This document shows, piece after piece, positions 1 to 13,853 of a stretch of 64,000 nt of DNA; positions within the stretch are counted from its first letter, which is position 1; each line of letters opens with the position of its first letter. Source of the DNA: Haliotis rufescens (taxonomy: Eukaryota); contig NW_025963779.1 of assembly GCF_023055435.1 (NCBI RefSeq), positions 33,790,001 to 33,854,000 of the forward strand. Direction: 5' to 3'. The notes under the pieces were generated by a model. It had not been told where the DNA came from and searched no databases. It was given only the letters and a program-made list of their open reading frames with translations. The translations under genes and the position numbers were made by a program.

Positions 1-1790
1 AGATCACGTGACATTTCTGTAATTTTCCCAGTTATTACCCAGGTCACAATTTAATTAGATGTTGTTATGATAATTTCATAAAGACATATCTGGATCTAAA
101 AACATTTTTAAGGATATACAGTACTTGAATACAAACTTTAGACTTTCCTTATTTCGAGATTAATAAATCTGGGATCTTTCATTATGTAAATAATTCCTTA
201 AGTATTGTTTGACTATCGCATAATTAGGTGAAAGAAATAAGATGCTTCATGAATGCACACTTTCAATCTAATGCTTCATTATGTTTAACACAGTAACTAC
301 GGTAGCAGCCTTTCACACTTCAAGTAAATATATGCCCACAATAGAATGTGTGAATTATTTCAAAGAATTTATTTAACCAGCTGCAAAGAACCTGCAAACA
401 TTACAAATCCTTAAGAAATTCAAAGTTAAGTTTTCAAACAAGCTGGAAGATTTCCTTCAGAAGTGTGGCAGTACGCTGCCCCTGACCGAGAAGTTGTAAG
501 TATTTCCGCCGTTACAAGTCACTTCCCCGTTGTTGTCAAACTACAACATCCATGTCAGGGGTAAGTCATCACAACACTGTCACATCCATATCAATACATT
601 CTGGCATGTAAGGGCCGAGAATAACGTCGTTATAGATATGTGCAGGGATATGGTACAAGTCAAGTGAGTGGTTCATGAGACTGTTTGGGGGGAGTTTTTA
701 TCCTTGTTCATCTGTGACTGTTTACGGCTGTGTGTTTTCATGTAGGTTAGTCAGTAGTATGGGGGACAGTTGAAGTGATTATGAATACTATTTGATTTGA
801 TGTGGAAGGAATGACATTGAGTTTACTATTGGAAGGTCAGATGTTGTTATTATACCTTCGACCTGAAAGTATATATGCAGCCCAGTTCATGCATTCTTTC
901 AAATTTAGGGAAGTTTCCATACTGATAGAAGAGGTGCAGTGCAAGTTTGATTTTGATATGTGTATTTTACTGAAAACATTTATTATTTTGTTTCATGTTT
1001 TAAACTTCAAATATTTTTTACTTCAACATTTGTGCGACCTATAACTTAAAAACTACTTCTTTTCCAATTGGGGGTACAGTTTTTAAACCAATAGGATAGG
1101 TGCAGTGCAAAGTTCGATAAGTGGATTTATAATTTAAAATATTGCTTTTTTCATGTTTTGAACTAAGAAATATGTTGGGAGTCGAAGTCGGGGCAATTGG
1201 TGAGTTAGCTCACTTTTTGTCTTGTTGTGTTTGTCTTTACATTATTACTTTAGTACTTTGCTCGAACTTTCTCCCACTGGAGGCATATATTCAAAGCAGC
1301 ATGCTCACCAACCTAGCCTGCTTTCTGAAGGGACTTGCTCTGTCTCCTGAATCGTTTGGTGTTAGCGACCAAGTATGAAGAGCATTAAAGGGTGCATAAC
1401 CTGTTTCTCTGTACATAAGTGTGTGAGAGGAATTAACTTTCTGTCCGTTCAGAGTGAGATGTTTTGCGAGTGACCTGGGACATCTGAAGTCTGGGTGTGT
1501 GCACCTGAAGGAAACTCAACTCAGGTTACTTTTGTGTTGACATCTGGGTGTGTTTGAGTTCAGCCTTCTTTTCAGGGGCCACATTAAGACATTTGACTCT
1601 TTAGGTTATATCCATCTTGTGTGTGGACATGTTGACATGTTGCTGTGGTTTTTGATGTCTCATGTGGACCCTGTATAGTGTGCTGGTCAAAGCAGCCTAT
1701 TGAGATGGATGGTATTTCTTGGATGGATTGTGGGATCAGTGGGAAAAAGCAACTTCGTGACACTCACTGCATTGGTGGCAGGTCTTGGGT

Positions 1791-2270
1791 TAGTGTCAGT
1801 CCTCCCAATATTGACCTATAAACCAGCGGTTGATAGTAGGTGCAATTCCCTATAGTGTCAGTCCTCCCAATATTGACCTATAAACCAGCGGTTGATAGTA
1901 GGTGCAATTCCCTATAGTGTCAGTCCTCCCAATATTGACCTATAAACCAGCGGTTGATAGTAGGTGCAATTCCCTATAGTGTCAGTCCTCCCAATATTGA
2001 CCTATAAACCAGCGGTTGATAGTAGGTGCAATTCCCTATAGTGTCAGTCCTCCCAATATTGACCTATAAACCAGCGGTTGATAGTAGGTGCAATTCCCTA
2101 TAGTGTCAGTCCTCCCAATATTGACCTATAAACCAGCGGTTGATAGTAGGTGCAATTCCCTATAGTGTCAGTCCCCCCCAACATTGACCTATAAACCAGC
2201 GGTTGATAGTAGGTGCAATTCCCTATAGTGTCAGTCCCCCCCAACATTGACCTATAAACCAGCGGTTGAT
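1791..2270. repeat. minisatellite, 62-bp unit x ~8, CAP intron
   Basis: TAGTGTCAGTCCTCCCAATATTGACCTATAAACCAGCGGTTGATAGTAGGTGCAATTCCCTA head-to-tail, nearly identical copies. Confidence 0.97.
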
Positions 2271-3078
2271 AACAAGAGCAAATGACCCATACAGACCCAA
2301 TAAAGTTCCTGATTAAAGTATCAGTAATTCTTCGTATATGGATATACTTTTGTAATGAATTATATCATGAAGCATTATTCCCACTTCCCTTTAGTAGTGA
2401 TCAAGTTGGCACAGAGAAAACGTCTTGACGACTCTCTCCAAGTGGTGGCTATCCTGTGCCATGTTGACAGTCAGTGTTTGGGATATACTGTGTAACGACA
2501 TAGGCCAGCCGCCTGCTTTGTTTACATGGTGCTAATAGCAGAGCGTGTAACACCGAGCTGACAAGACAACGTGTTATATCAAATACAGTCAGGCCAGGAG
2601 ATGTGCTCCCACTCCTTGTGTGTGGATTGTCCTTAAGTCACATGCTACCAAACCTGGCCTGCTTTCACAGCTAGCCTTCTTCAGTTCCTTCCCTAATCAG
2701 TCTGTCTAAGCTGACAGCAGGGACCATACTAAGTCACTGGGATTGTACTTTCCATCGCAGCTGGGAGACACAGGTAATGTCACCGGAACCTTCAGATCCC
2801 CCTCAAGTATTTGTCATGTTTTGCCAGGCTTCTATATACTTTGTATGGATCTCGGATGCATTGAAAACAAGTGTTGTGCGAAAAGTGTATGTATTTAACA
2901 TAGATTTGATGTCCTGTTCTGTTCCATGTGAGTGCTTGTATTGTCAGCTGTGTAAAGTATTTTCTTTTTAGGGGAGCTTGTTTTGGGATTTCCGTGTCTA
3001 ACTTTCTTATTCCTCGTGTATCTGTGTCACAATGTTAGATCGTGAGCAAAGGTTTGTAAAGGATATGTTTTGTTTCAG

Positions 3079-3257
3079 GATTGAAGAAGGTCTCTGATGA
3101 TATGAAGACCCACAAGAACCCTGCCCTGAGACAGGGCCCCGCCCCCTTCAAGGCTGCTGGGCCTCCTAAGACAGCGCCCAAGCCTGAAGCCAAGGTCGCC
3201 CCTGCTGCTGTCTCCAGGCCACCTCTCACCCAACTCCAGGACAAGAAGTGGATTGTT
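3079..3257 (+). CDS. CAP: CAP internal exon (WH2 end, Pro-rich linker, start of CARP); upstream exons not found in window
   Basis: tttcAG|GA TTG AAG AAG...TGG ATT GTT|GTgagt; encodes GLKKVSDDMKTHKNPALRQ...KKWIV, the characteristic CAP/Srv2 motif. Confidence 0.95.
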
Positions 3258-3584
3258 GTGAGTACTCCTTGATCACTCATTATCACATGCTAATAAATGC
3301 TGCTCTCGTGGACGGGTCATCAGGACGCGACTTGATGGATCCAGTGGTCAAACTCAGTGACTTGGTTGATGTGGATCTTTGCTCACAATATCGATCACTG
3401 GATTGGCTGGTCCTGACTCGATTATTTACTGGCTACCACTGTCATATTGCTGAGTTTGGCAGTAAACAACAAATAACCAAACTTATTGTAATCCTACTAT
3501 GGGGGTAAGTGAGCTGTTCCCGGGTAGTTATTGTCTGTATTACACTGACATGCTGTGCAGCTAATTACTGCTCAAAGCTGCATT

Positions 3585-3850
3585 GGTGGCATGGGTGACC
3601 AAGTCGTCGAGGCTGCTGCTATTTGCTGTGCACAGTTGCGTCCCTTGGGCATGCCAGAGAACTACTATCATGGGTTCAACTCCTGGTTTGCTCCAGTTAT
3701 GTCTATAGGTTTGTCAGTACCATTTGGTCTTCACCAAAGTATAAGACTTCACTTCAGGCTTTCCTCCAAAATTAAGCTGAGATGCCGTGATATAACTGGA
3801 ATACTTTTAAAAGCGGCGTTAACCCCAACTGCATTACGCTCGCTCACTAT
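3585..3850 (+). mobile_element. SINE family A, degenerate copy
   Basis: aligns by eye with 5829-6107 (GTTGCGTCCCTTGGGCA...GATATAACTGGAATAC...AAAAGCGGCGTTAA). Confidence 0.8.
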
Positions 3851-3878
3851 TTGAAGTGGCGGTGATTGAGGAATCTCG

Positions 3879-4840
3879 GGCTAGACAGGGATGTGACCTC
3901 GATCAGCTCCAACCTACACACAGGGATACTGAACACTCAGGCTAGACAGGGATGTTACCTCCATCAGCCCCAACCTACACACAGGGGTACTGAACACTAA
4001 GGCTAGACAGGGATGTGACCTCGATCAGCTCCAACCTACACACAGGGGTACTGGACACTCAGGCTAGACAGGGATGTGACCTCCATCAGCCCCAACCTAC
4101 ACACAGGGATACTGAACACTCAGGCTAGACAGGGATGTGACCTCCATCAGCCCCAACCTACACACAGGGATACTGAACACTCAGGCTAGACAGGGATGTG
4201 ACCTCCATCAGCCCCAACCTACACAGGGATACTGAACACTCAGGCTAGACAGGGATGTGACCTCCATCAGCCCCAACCTACACACAGGGATACTGAACAC
4301 TCAGGCTAGACAGGGATGTGACCTCGATCAGCCCCAACCTACACACAGGGATACTGAACACTCAGGCTAGACAGGGATGTGACCTCCATCAGCCCCAACC
4401 TACACACAGGGATACTGAACACTCAGGCTAGACAGGGATGTGACCTCCATCAGCCCCAACCTACACACAGGGATACTGAACGCTCAGGCTAGACAGGGAT
4501 GTGACCTCGATCAGCCCCAACCTACACACAGGGATACTGAACACTCAGGCTAGACAGGGATGTGACCTCCATCAGCCCCAACCTACACACAGGGATACTG
4601 AACACTCAGGCTAGACAGGGATGTGACCTCGATCAGCCCCAACCTACACACAGGGATACTGAACACTCAGGCTAGACAGGGATGTGACCTCCATCAGCCC
4701 CAACCTACACAGGGATACTGAACACTCAGGCTAGACAGGGATGTGACCTCCATCAGCCCCAACCAACACAGGGATACTGAACACTAAGGCTAGACAGGGA
4801 TGTGATCTCGATCAGCCCCAACCTACACACAGGGATATTG
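3879..4840. repeat. minisatellite, ~61-bp unit x ~16, CAP intron
   Basis: GGCTAGACAGGGATGTGACCTCCATCAGCCCCAACCTACACACAGGGATACTGAACACTCA repeated. Confidence 0.97.
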
Positions 4841-4992
4841 CATATTCCCAACGTTAGCCAGTATGTAGGCATACCATTGTCTGACGGAAGGACATCTTGC
4901 ACATCGGGCAGACTGCTCCTGGATGGGACGTTGTTTTACTGCCCATGACTCCCTGTGTCCGAACCCTAGTCTATATTGTCAATGTGTTTCAG

Positions 4993-5116
4993 GAATACCA
5001 CAACAACAACAAGGACATCATCATCGACCAGACGGAGACCAAGCAGGTCGTGTATGTCTACAAATGTGTCGGCAGCACCATCACTGTCAAGGGCAAGGTC
5101 AACTCCATCCTGCTCG
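4993..5116 (+). CDS. CAP: CAP exon, CARP domain
   Basis: ttcAG|EYHNNNKDIIIDQTETKQVVYVYKCVGSTITVKGKVNSILL|GTaggt; phase 0 to 1 fits neighbours. Confidence 0.95.
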
Positions 5117-5350
5117 GTAGGTCGCTCTGGTATAAACCCTATAATGCACAATGAGTGAATTTAAACTATATTTGTCTTATTTCTGATTGTGAATTCTCTC
5201 TGGAACCATTTGCCAGAAACTTGATAACGTATGTCCTGATCGACAGTGTTGAGACAAACTCAGCAGGTGACTACTGACATCAGAGTATGGCTGGAATCGT
5301 TCATTGCATGTTTAGGACAGTTTGTACTGACATCTCTGTTTTTGTTTCAG

Positions 5351-5433
5351 ATGGATGCAAGAAGAGTGCTGTAGTGTTTGAGGACGTTGTGTCTTCTGTT
5401 GAATTCATCAACTGTCAGAGCGTTCAGGGTCAG
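5351..5433 (+). CDS. CAP: CAP exon, CARP domain
   Basis: ttcAG|(D)GCKKSAVVFEDVVSSVEFINCQSVQGQ|GTacgt; phase 1 to 0. Confidence 0.95.
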
Positions 5434-5828
5434 GTACGTCATTAATATCTTACGTGAAGAGTTTCATCCCTCAGCTGGGCCAGGATCCGAGGATCATAGG
5501 TTCAAAACTGAGATTCCCCATAATTATTATCACTGTTTTGTCAGCACCATGCTAGTGAGGTTCACCAAGATGGGACACATCCATGACATGTCACACTGAC
5601 CATGAGGTTCTATCCTACAACAGGCAGACATGAAGTTCTAGGAAGATTATCTTCTATTGTCCTCAAACCTCTGCCTTATTGGCTCTATATTATCCATTGA
5701 GATGATAACTGACGAGCTACAGTGAATTTTGGATTATCTGCCCACAACACTTTCTTGGTCGTTTCCTTGGGAGTTTCATAATTTCCACAAAATAGTGGCC
5801 TGCCATTGATCTCTTTTAAAACAAACTT

Positions 5829-6107
5829 GGGGCAGGGGTGGCCCAGTTGTCTAAGGCGCCGCGATTCGCTGTGCAGAGTTGCGTCCCTTGGGCACGCCAG
5901 AAACCTATGTTTGTGGGTTCGAATCCCGGTTCGCCCTCATTATGTTTCTAGGTTTGTCAGCCCCATACCCGTGCTCGTGGTTTCACCGAAGTGGTAAATG
6001 TCTTAGACCTGCATCACTTCGGGCTTTCCTCCCACATTAAGCTGACACGCCATGATATAACTGGAATACAGTTAAAAGCGGTGTTAAATCCAACTCACTC
6101 ACTCACT
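5829..6107 (+). mobile_element. tRNA-derived SINE family A
   Basis: box A-like GGTGGCCCAGTTGTCTAAGGCG, box B GGTTCGAATCCC, (ACTC)n tail; homologous copies at 3585, 31264 and 48793. Confidence 0.9.
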
Positions 6108-6143
6108 TAAAATAATCTGTTTTTCTAGTGAATGATGTGCCTT

Positions 6144-6382
6144 GACCCGTGAAGATCTGGGTTAGAAAAGGTCTTCAGCAACTCATGCTTACCTTAAGGG
6201 GTGACTATGCTTGTACTAAGAGGCGATTTATGGGATCAGGTGGTCAGGCTCGCTGACTTGGCTGATGCATGTCATCGTATCCCAATAGCGTGGATCGATG
6301 CTCATGATGTCAATCACTTGATTGTCTTGTCCAGACTTATCTATAGCTGGAATATGCCGAGTGCAGCGTTAAACAACAAACA
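6144..6382 (+). mobile_element. interspersed repeat family C (SINE-like, AAAC tail)
   Basis: GACCCGTGAAGATC...GGTCTTCAGCAAC...GATCAGGTGGTCAGGCTCGCTGACTTGG...AAACAACAAAC; shared with 7145, ~3305-3478 and 52746. Confidence 0.82.
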
Positions 6383-6487
6383 TAATGTGCTTAACGTTTT
6401 CTGTGTTTGTCCTCATGCGGCAGCACATGTGATAATGCCTATGACATCCATGATTGTGATGATGAATGTATCAACTGTTGGTTTCAG

Positions 6488-6631
6488 GTAACTGGCAAAA
6501 TGCCCACAGTTATTATAGACAAGACAGATGGCTGCATGATGTACCTGAGCAAGGACTCCATCCAAGCGGAGATTGTTACCGCCAAATCCTCCGAACTCAA
6601 CATCCTGGTTCCTCAAGCTGATGGAGAATAT
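6488..6631 (+). CDS. CAP: CAP exon, CARP domain
   Basis: ttcAG|VTGKMPTVIIDKTDGCMMYLSKDSIQAEIVTAKSSELNILVPQADGEY|GTaagc; 144 nt. Confidence 0.95.
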
Positions 6632-7144
6632 GTAAGCTACAGTTAGAGTTGTCAGGGTTTTTTAATAATAAACCACAAGACAATGAAACCAAAAATTAAA
6701 CTGAAACACTCAGTCACTCAGATAACAAATTCCTGCTGCTGAGATAATGCAGACAGCTTCTATCCGTCACTCAAGTCTCAGGAGCATCCAGGTGCTTTGA
6801 CTAACATGTTCTTGAAATACTGGAGATGACCTCACAAGGTCATCCTATAACACTCCCACTTCCTGGTTTACTGAAACTTGCAACACATACAGTTTCCCAT
6901 AATACCAAGTTGAAACAGAAAATTCATGATTCAGTGTAATGTTTCCTGTGTAAAAGTCCTATAAATAACACATTCATGCAATGTACAAAATACTGCATGA
7001 AAGTGAAGTGGTCATAATGCTGATGTTAAGAGCTACCAATCAGCAAGGTCCCTAAATTCAGGTAGTACAGCGCATACATCAAGGACCTCAGGGCACGCCT
7101 CAGTGTCTGTGGAGTAGGTTCATCCTGGGTTAGTAGATGTTGGA

Positions 7145-7403
7145 GACCCGTGAAGATCCGGGGTACAATAGGTCTTCAGCAACCCATGCTTGCTGTAAAA
7201 GGCGACTTTGCTTGTCGTAAGAGGCGACTAACGGGATCAAGTGGTCAAGTTCGCTGACTTGGTTGATGCATGTCATTGATCCCAATTATGTGGATCGATG
7301 CTCATGATGTCAATCATTGGATTGTCTGGCCCAGACTGGATTATTTACAGACCGTCGTCTTATAGCGGGAATGTTGCTGAGTGTGGTGTTCAAAAACAAA
7401 CAA
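7145..7403 (+). mobile_element. interspersed repeat family C
   Basis: near full-length homolog of 6144-6382. Confidence 0.82.
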
Positions 7404-7856
7404 TAATATAACAATATCGTAAAGTCAGAGTTGGGACTGAGTCCAAGGTGGAGATGGCAGTGTGTTTGTATCTAAGTGACCAGATTTATACATGTTTATA
7501 CATATAAGGATTGAGGCGGCTGTGAACGGAGGATAGGTTTGAGATAACAGTGTTTGGGATAACGAGGTTCAACTGTATTTTTGTCAGGCAAGTGTATGGC
7601 TGACCCTTGTCTAGCTCTAGGACTGAAACACTGAAAACTGAAACTGTTTTAGCCTAAGTAAACAGCTGAATAATTTTTTCTTTTTAGAAATAAAAAGAAC
7701 TTCAGATTGTTTGTGTTAACTAAAAAGGATGCTTGAAATTATTTTTCAAACATATCGTTGTTGCCTTTGTTCAAGCAATAAGTATATGGTAGTTGTTATA
7801 TTGCCATCATACAAACAAGCAAATCCAGTCCTGACCCTTCCCTTTGTGTGTTGCAG

Positions 7857-7937
7857 AAAGAGTTTGCTCTCCCAGAACAGTTCAAGTCGACATGGAACGG
7901 GTCCAAGTTTGTCACGATTGCGACTGAGAGTGTTTGA
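7857..7937 (+). CDS. CAP: CAP last coding exon
   Basis: ttgcAG|KEFALPEQFKSTWNGSKFVTIATESV* (TGA 7935-7937); typical CAP C-terminal PEQF motif. Confidence 0.93.
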   Translation, partial: KEFALPEQFKSTWNGSKFVTIATESV

Positions 7938-9895
7938 AGCAGCATTGGTGCCGAGGAAATGTCATGCTGTCAGCTTCGTGCTATGTGCTGCCTGAACAAA
8001 CATCAACCACAATATTCCTTCTGTCTTAACATTTGTACAGACCAACTTTTCTAACAATGTGCACTATTTTATGGAATCAGCAGCATTTTATAAATCTTAT
8101 GACTAATATGATTACTCAACAAATTCATAAGCTATCAAATGTAAGCCTAAGACTGTAATCGTTATTATTTTCTGTCTGAAGAAAAATATATTTTTCATGT
8201 TTTACTCTTTTTTTAAAAAAAAGCTTTCTTATACATTACACAAAGATGTGACGATCGTACTATAAGAATCTGACCAAATGCTGTAGTATGCTTCAGCTAA
8301 TTGCCTTGTATTAATTACCGGTAGATGCAAAATGGGCGGACCACATGTCCTCAATGCAATGCTAGTTCCAAATCTGCAGCAACTATGGTTCTAGATCAAA
8401 TATATCCTTAGGGGGAATGGTAGGTTTACTGGAATGGAGTAGAATGTATGTTACATGATGGAGACCGTGAAAGTGGCCTTTGCAAGGTGGAGTGAATGAT
8501 CAAGAAAGGCCTGTGGATATTGTGTATCTGTTTAGTACCCAAGAAGTAGTGGACTATCGATTGTTGTGTGTGTATTGTGGTACAAAGGCCCAACACTTGA
8601 GAATCAAGTAATCCATCTTTATGCCTGTCTGTATCAACTACATGTCTCACAATAATAGTTGTTTGAAAGTTCTTCAGAATGCAGTATTCACATTTGATCC
8701 TCATGGAAATCATGTTAGAAATTTTAGAAATACCTTCAGCCAGGCAGGATCTACAACAATCTGTAAACCTTGGGGCATTAAGCAATGGCGACAATCATGA
8801 AGAATATCAGAGGCCTTCCTTCACAACGTCTGCCTAATGAGCTTGTGTTGTAAGAAAATATATGCAAACTAAAGGAAGGTTTAGGAATACATAGATCCTA
8901 TTGATAGGGTGAGGATTATGATGTGTACCTTCAGTGCTTGAAGCGTAGTTGCCTGTATCTAGAGTCTAGTGTGGAGGGCGTGTGGCCCGCCCAGACCAGT
9001 CTTTCATGTAAGTACGTCAGTACAGTTACTACCACACATGAGCTACACCACTAGAGGCGAAGGAGACCATTATACCAGCTTGATCTTTGCTGTCCGGAAC
9101 ATTTTGTTGATTATATTTATGTATTGACATGGTAAAATAATGTGAAATAAATAGAATACCAAGGTGCTGTTTCAATTGATTTGTGTTATTTTCTTGCCCA
9201 GGACAAGAGGTGCCAAGATTCAATTGCTCACATAGTTTCAAATGGTCAAACCCATTCTTAATAATATTGCTGAAATAATTCAATGCTCCAAAACCATACT
9301 TTCTCATTGATGAATCAGACTCCTCAGAGATAAGGGGACAAATACTGTACATGGAGATTGGATGCAAACTATGACTGCTGTGGACAGACCACCTCGCATC
9401 TGACAGACTTGGTGGTCATCATAGTCAGACCATTGGCTATGTGTCCGAGGACATATTCCACTGATGTAGATGTGACGTAGGCCAAGGCAGCCTCAGGCAC
9501 AGTTTAAGAATATTGCCTTTCATCTCCAGGTGGTGATTTATCTATTTGTCTGCTCCATCAGCAATGATCAGTCTGCTTCTTGAGCTGTTCTGACTTCAGT
9601 GTTAATCCTTCATGATGACCCGGTGTCGTGTTAGAGAATACAAATGAGGTGAATGCATGATGAGATTTGCAGTGATTGTTATGACTGTTGGCACATGTAT
9701 ACACCATCCTGAAGCAAAGGGCATCTTGTTGAGACCCGTGGCACACCACCATGTCCTGGAGCCTGTATAGAAACCACAGCACAGATGTGCATCAGGTGTA
9801 CACAGTCACACGGTGTTAATCGCTCTTCAGTGCCTTATGGGGAGGAATATACAGACCCATTGCAGCTGTGCCAAGTATCTGAAGAACCTCAACCT

Positions 9896-10324
9896 CATTC
9901 GTGACCAACTCGTGTTATTCCAGGACAAGCCGAATAGCGACTCGTGCCACTCTCATGGCCATTTTTGCGACTAGGTTCCGTCTTAGCGCAAACGGGCATA
10001 CCTAAAACAATTGTCAACTCGTTGCGTAATGGTTCACATATATTTCCCCATATATTATATATATTCCAGATGCAATTTAAAGGACATCGGGACGTGCAGA
10101 ATTATTAAGTATGATTGAACATATTTAATTAACTGTATCTTGGGTATATTTTTAGATGCAAGACATATGTAAAATCAAAAATTATTTCTGAGGGATTATT
10201 TGACAAAGAACTCGAAATCATACCCGCACTCTGATTGGTTTGTCGTATTTTTGCACATAACATTCATCGAGAGGGGGGACGAGTCTTCTTGCAGGTTACA
10301 GAAAGGGGCGAGTCGTGACAAATG
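9896..10324. mobile_element. MITE family F
   Basis: CATTCGTGACCAACTCG...CGAGTCGTGACAAATG; TSD CCTCAACCT/CCTAAACCT; second copy at 35233. Confidence 0.85.
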
Positions 10325-10620
10325 CCTAAACCTTTGTGCATGGAGTTATGTCCCTTTACACACAAGTGGTGTTCATACTGTCCTCACCGATTTTAAAATT
10401 CATGTCAGCAGCAGTACAATACAGTAGGTTGATGTACAAATGTACCACATGTTCACAAACAACTAACACCTTTTTTCAGTATGTTTGTTGTGTTTCTGCA
10501 TGCTGTCCCAGAAAGAAATCAGTTTTTGTAATGGCAATAAGCTTTTATCTATCTTACAGAAGCCTGCCCAAAACTTGATCACAGAGTACTATATGTGAAT
10601 CAAAGATGTATCAAATACAA

Positions 10621-10626
10621 AATAAA
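10621..10626 (+). promoter_or_regulatory. candidate CAP polyadenylation signal
   Basis: AATAAA downstream of the CAP stop; other hexamers (e.g. ~9146, ~10874) are equally possible. Confidence 0.25.
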
Positions 10627-13606
10627 CACATTGCACTCCATATTCGCCCACAAGCACAATATTTCTTATCTTAAATCAGAAATACCAGTAGTTCATTACA
10701 TAATTTTGTGCAATAGAACAGAATGGGGACATCAAAAATAGGCTTCACACATTGAACCTATGGTTGGAATCAAACTCAGGTCTACAGTGTGACCGCACTC
10801 TAACAAGCCAAAACTGGGTGCAGAACAAATTATGGAAAAGTATACTTACTACATTTTTGCACTTTTCATTTTAAATAAAAATAAATATTAGGTGTTTGAC
10901 AGCATACTATTTCCATACAGACACTCTGAATATTCTCAACATAAGTTGAGCTGTATATTGACAAAATAATTATTTTGACATTGATGCACCCTTGTTTAAA
11001 AAAGATAACATCTCACTTACAAAGCAGTGTTTTGAGAACATGGTGTTGAAATGGATTTGTCCCCCTTTACATTACTAGGCCTGTAGGAATGACAGACTTT
11101 TATATTCATCATACCGGTACTATTATTAGACAGGTATGACACCCATTTTTCTTATTGATTTATAGTTTTTAATCTGACACTAGTTATGCATTATTTTACC
11201 TGGCAGTGAATGGGTACCCAGTAGACTGAATTGGTAATCACTTAATTTTCTAGCACCTCACAAGGAGCTTGTGTTGTACACACCCCATGAAGCTGAGAAT
11301 GGAAATCGAGTTCTACTGATCTATTGACCAAGGTAATAATGTAGCCATTTGAGGATGCCTTTAGGTGTGGACATGGCACACATTATTATCCCCTGCTTGT
11401 GTAGTAGCAGGTGTGGGGTAGATGTTGGTGGGGCACACATTGCGAAGCTACTTGTAACTATGTTTATTATGAGTGAATGATAATAATGATAATAATAAGT
11501 CCTGAAAAAATAATGTTTGTATACATGGAGGGACCAGAAACAACATCGTCAATACTTCCCAGTTCCCACGTTTGTATACACAACACGACTATCATTGTGG
11601 AAGATGTGTACAAACCTGTGAAGTGATGGTGATGCAGAAACACTAGATGCACTTTCAACATCATGTTTGCAGTATAACAAAAGCAGCATTTGTTGACAAT
11701 ACGTTTATTCTCCATGTTGTCTTCACCTAAAGTAACAATAAGGTTTATCACAGAAAGAGCAGTTTTCCCTTGACCAATGAGCAATCTCTAAAACTACAAG
11801 GCACCAGATTCTAGGTTGACAAAGAGGTTTGGGCAATAACAGTAATATATATATACAGCGCCATATCAATACCTACCAAACTTAAGTTACAAACAAGTTA
11901 ATACTAGTCTACACACAACAGTCCTACAAGATGAGATATTTAGATATTATCATACAAAATATTGTCACTGTCGACACGAAATAATGTCAACCTATCACAA
12001 AAAAGTTCACAGAATTGAAAAAAAGATCAAGGAATAAAATATAACTGGTTTAGCTAAAGTCTACCCGTCCAGTAAAACCAGCATTAGTAATTCTCGAGAA
12101 TCAACATTAATTCTTGAAATCTGACACTACACTACCAAAAGGGTAATAGTGTGTCACAACAATAATAAGTTAATTCTATTTAAAAAAATGTCATGTTTAC
12201 ACTTTTCTATGAGTGACTTTGGCAGGATGTAGATGTGTATTATTCCATCCAATGTCCACACCAGTCAAACCAGTGCCATCAGATATATGTGCAGTTCAGT
12301 CAGTCTGTTGTCGGAACTACATCACAGGATAAAAATGTCTGTGATGTCAGGAACAAAGGATGACATCATCTTCAATTATTTGTTACATATTTAGGATTGC
12401 TTCACAGACAATGAAGACAATGAACAATTGAACTAGCCAATCAGCATGAAGCAAAGTTCTAATGCTCCGTGAGATCACTCCATGCTGCGGTACTATGTAC
12501 GTGTTCTGCATAATATGTGTAAAGATGGCATACATTGCGACACAACAATGTCTTATCACAGTCAGCTCTGTAAGTAAATGTCTTTAACAGGACAACCAGA
12601 TGTGAGCAAAAGTTCTTCAAAAACACACCCAACATCTCACAATGGATTCCGCCATTATTGTTTCATTTGTTGGATCAGATTTTCCTGCAAAGGGCAAAAG
12701 TCGGAGGAATGAAAGAAAATATGAAATGTCATCAGTGTCAACCAAGGTACCTTGATTTTCGAACTTTATTAGATTTTGGTTGGTCTTGGAAGACCAAGGG
12801 AGATAATTTGAGCAAAGTCTGCATCAAGGACAAGGGACACAACTCTAGACTTATTACATACTCCATCACAATGTAAATGTTAACTTTAGCATCCAACCAG
12901 CATATTAATTACAATGAATAACAGGCAAACATTTTTGTAAGCGAAATATATGCAAATCTGGAAGATGAAAAAATATTTTTTTTATGAAAAAGGGGTAAAA
13001 AAAATTGTGATCCAACAAATACAACACAAATGGCCTAACAAATACATTTATAATGTCCCCAAATACTGTGACACACAATCAGCTCTGTACTCTTGGTTAA
13101 ATACCATTCTGGGCAGTGAGCCCAATGTAGAATTCTTGAATACCTGGTAATCTATATCACATCAACTTTCTCCTGTTTCGTTTACATCGTTGCCTGGTAA
13201 CATCAAAATATACACAGTAAAAGACACTTGTAAACAATTAACAAGTACACATTAAAGAAAGATACCATCCATTCACTCTGTAAGAGATAAAACACGACAG
13301 ATACATATTCATCTGTGTACTGCTCCCACTGACGCCATCATACACCCTCAAGCAACGGCACATAACAAAGTTACTCATAGGACTTTGACCAAAGTTGAAT
13401 CAATTTGAGATACATAGATAATAAATAATAATGAGATACATATCCTGCAAGTTCTGTTGAACACCATGTATATAACACTAGCCTTCGAAATGAATGACCA
13501 GACTAATATTAAATGTTGAAATATAGATAAAAATAATTTAAATAGCATATCTGAAAACAGATAACCACAAGATTTCCTCTTTAAACGTTAAAACATATAT
13601 TTCTGC

Positions 13607-13853
13607 ACCAGGGATGATCAAAAGGGATAGTCGTCAACACACTAGGGTTGATCAAAAGGGATAGTTGTCAACACACTAGGGTTGATCAAAAGGTATAGTT
13701 TTCAACACGCCAGGGTTGATCAAAAGGGATAGTTGTCAACACACTAGGGTTGACCAAAAGGGATAGTTGTCAACACACTAGGGTTGATCAAAAGGGATAG
13801 TTGTCAACACACTAGGGTTGATCAAAAGGGATAGTTGTCAACACACCAGGGAT
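13607..13853. repeat. minisatellite, 34-bp unit x ~7
   Basis: CACTAGGGTTGATCAAAAGGGATAGTTGTCAACA repeated. Confidence 0.95.

Noticed and set aside
440-2780. Donor-like sites (~560, ~663, ~1373, ~2773) as possible extra CAP exons or alternative first exons
   Set aside because: None has an open, CAP-like reading frame in the phase needed for exon 3079. They cannot be supported without transcripts.
1791-4840. Regularly spaced ~61-62 bp repeats suggestive of CRISPR arrays
   Set aside because: The units are head-to-tail with no unique spacers, there are no cas genes, and they lie in introns of a spliced animal gene. They are ordinary minisatellites.
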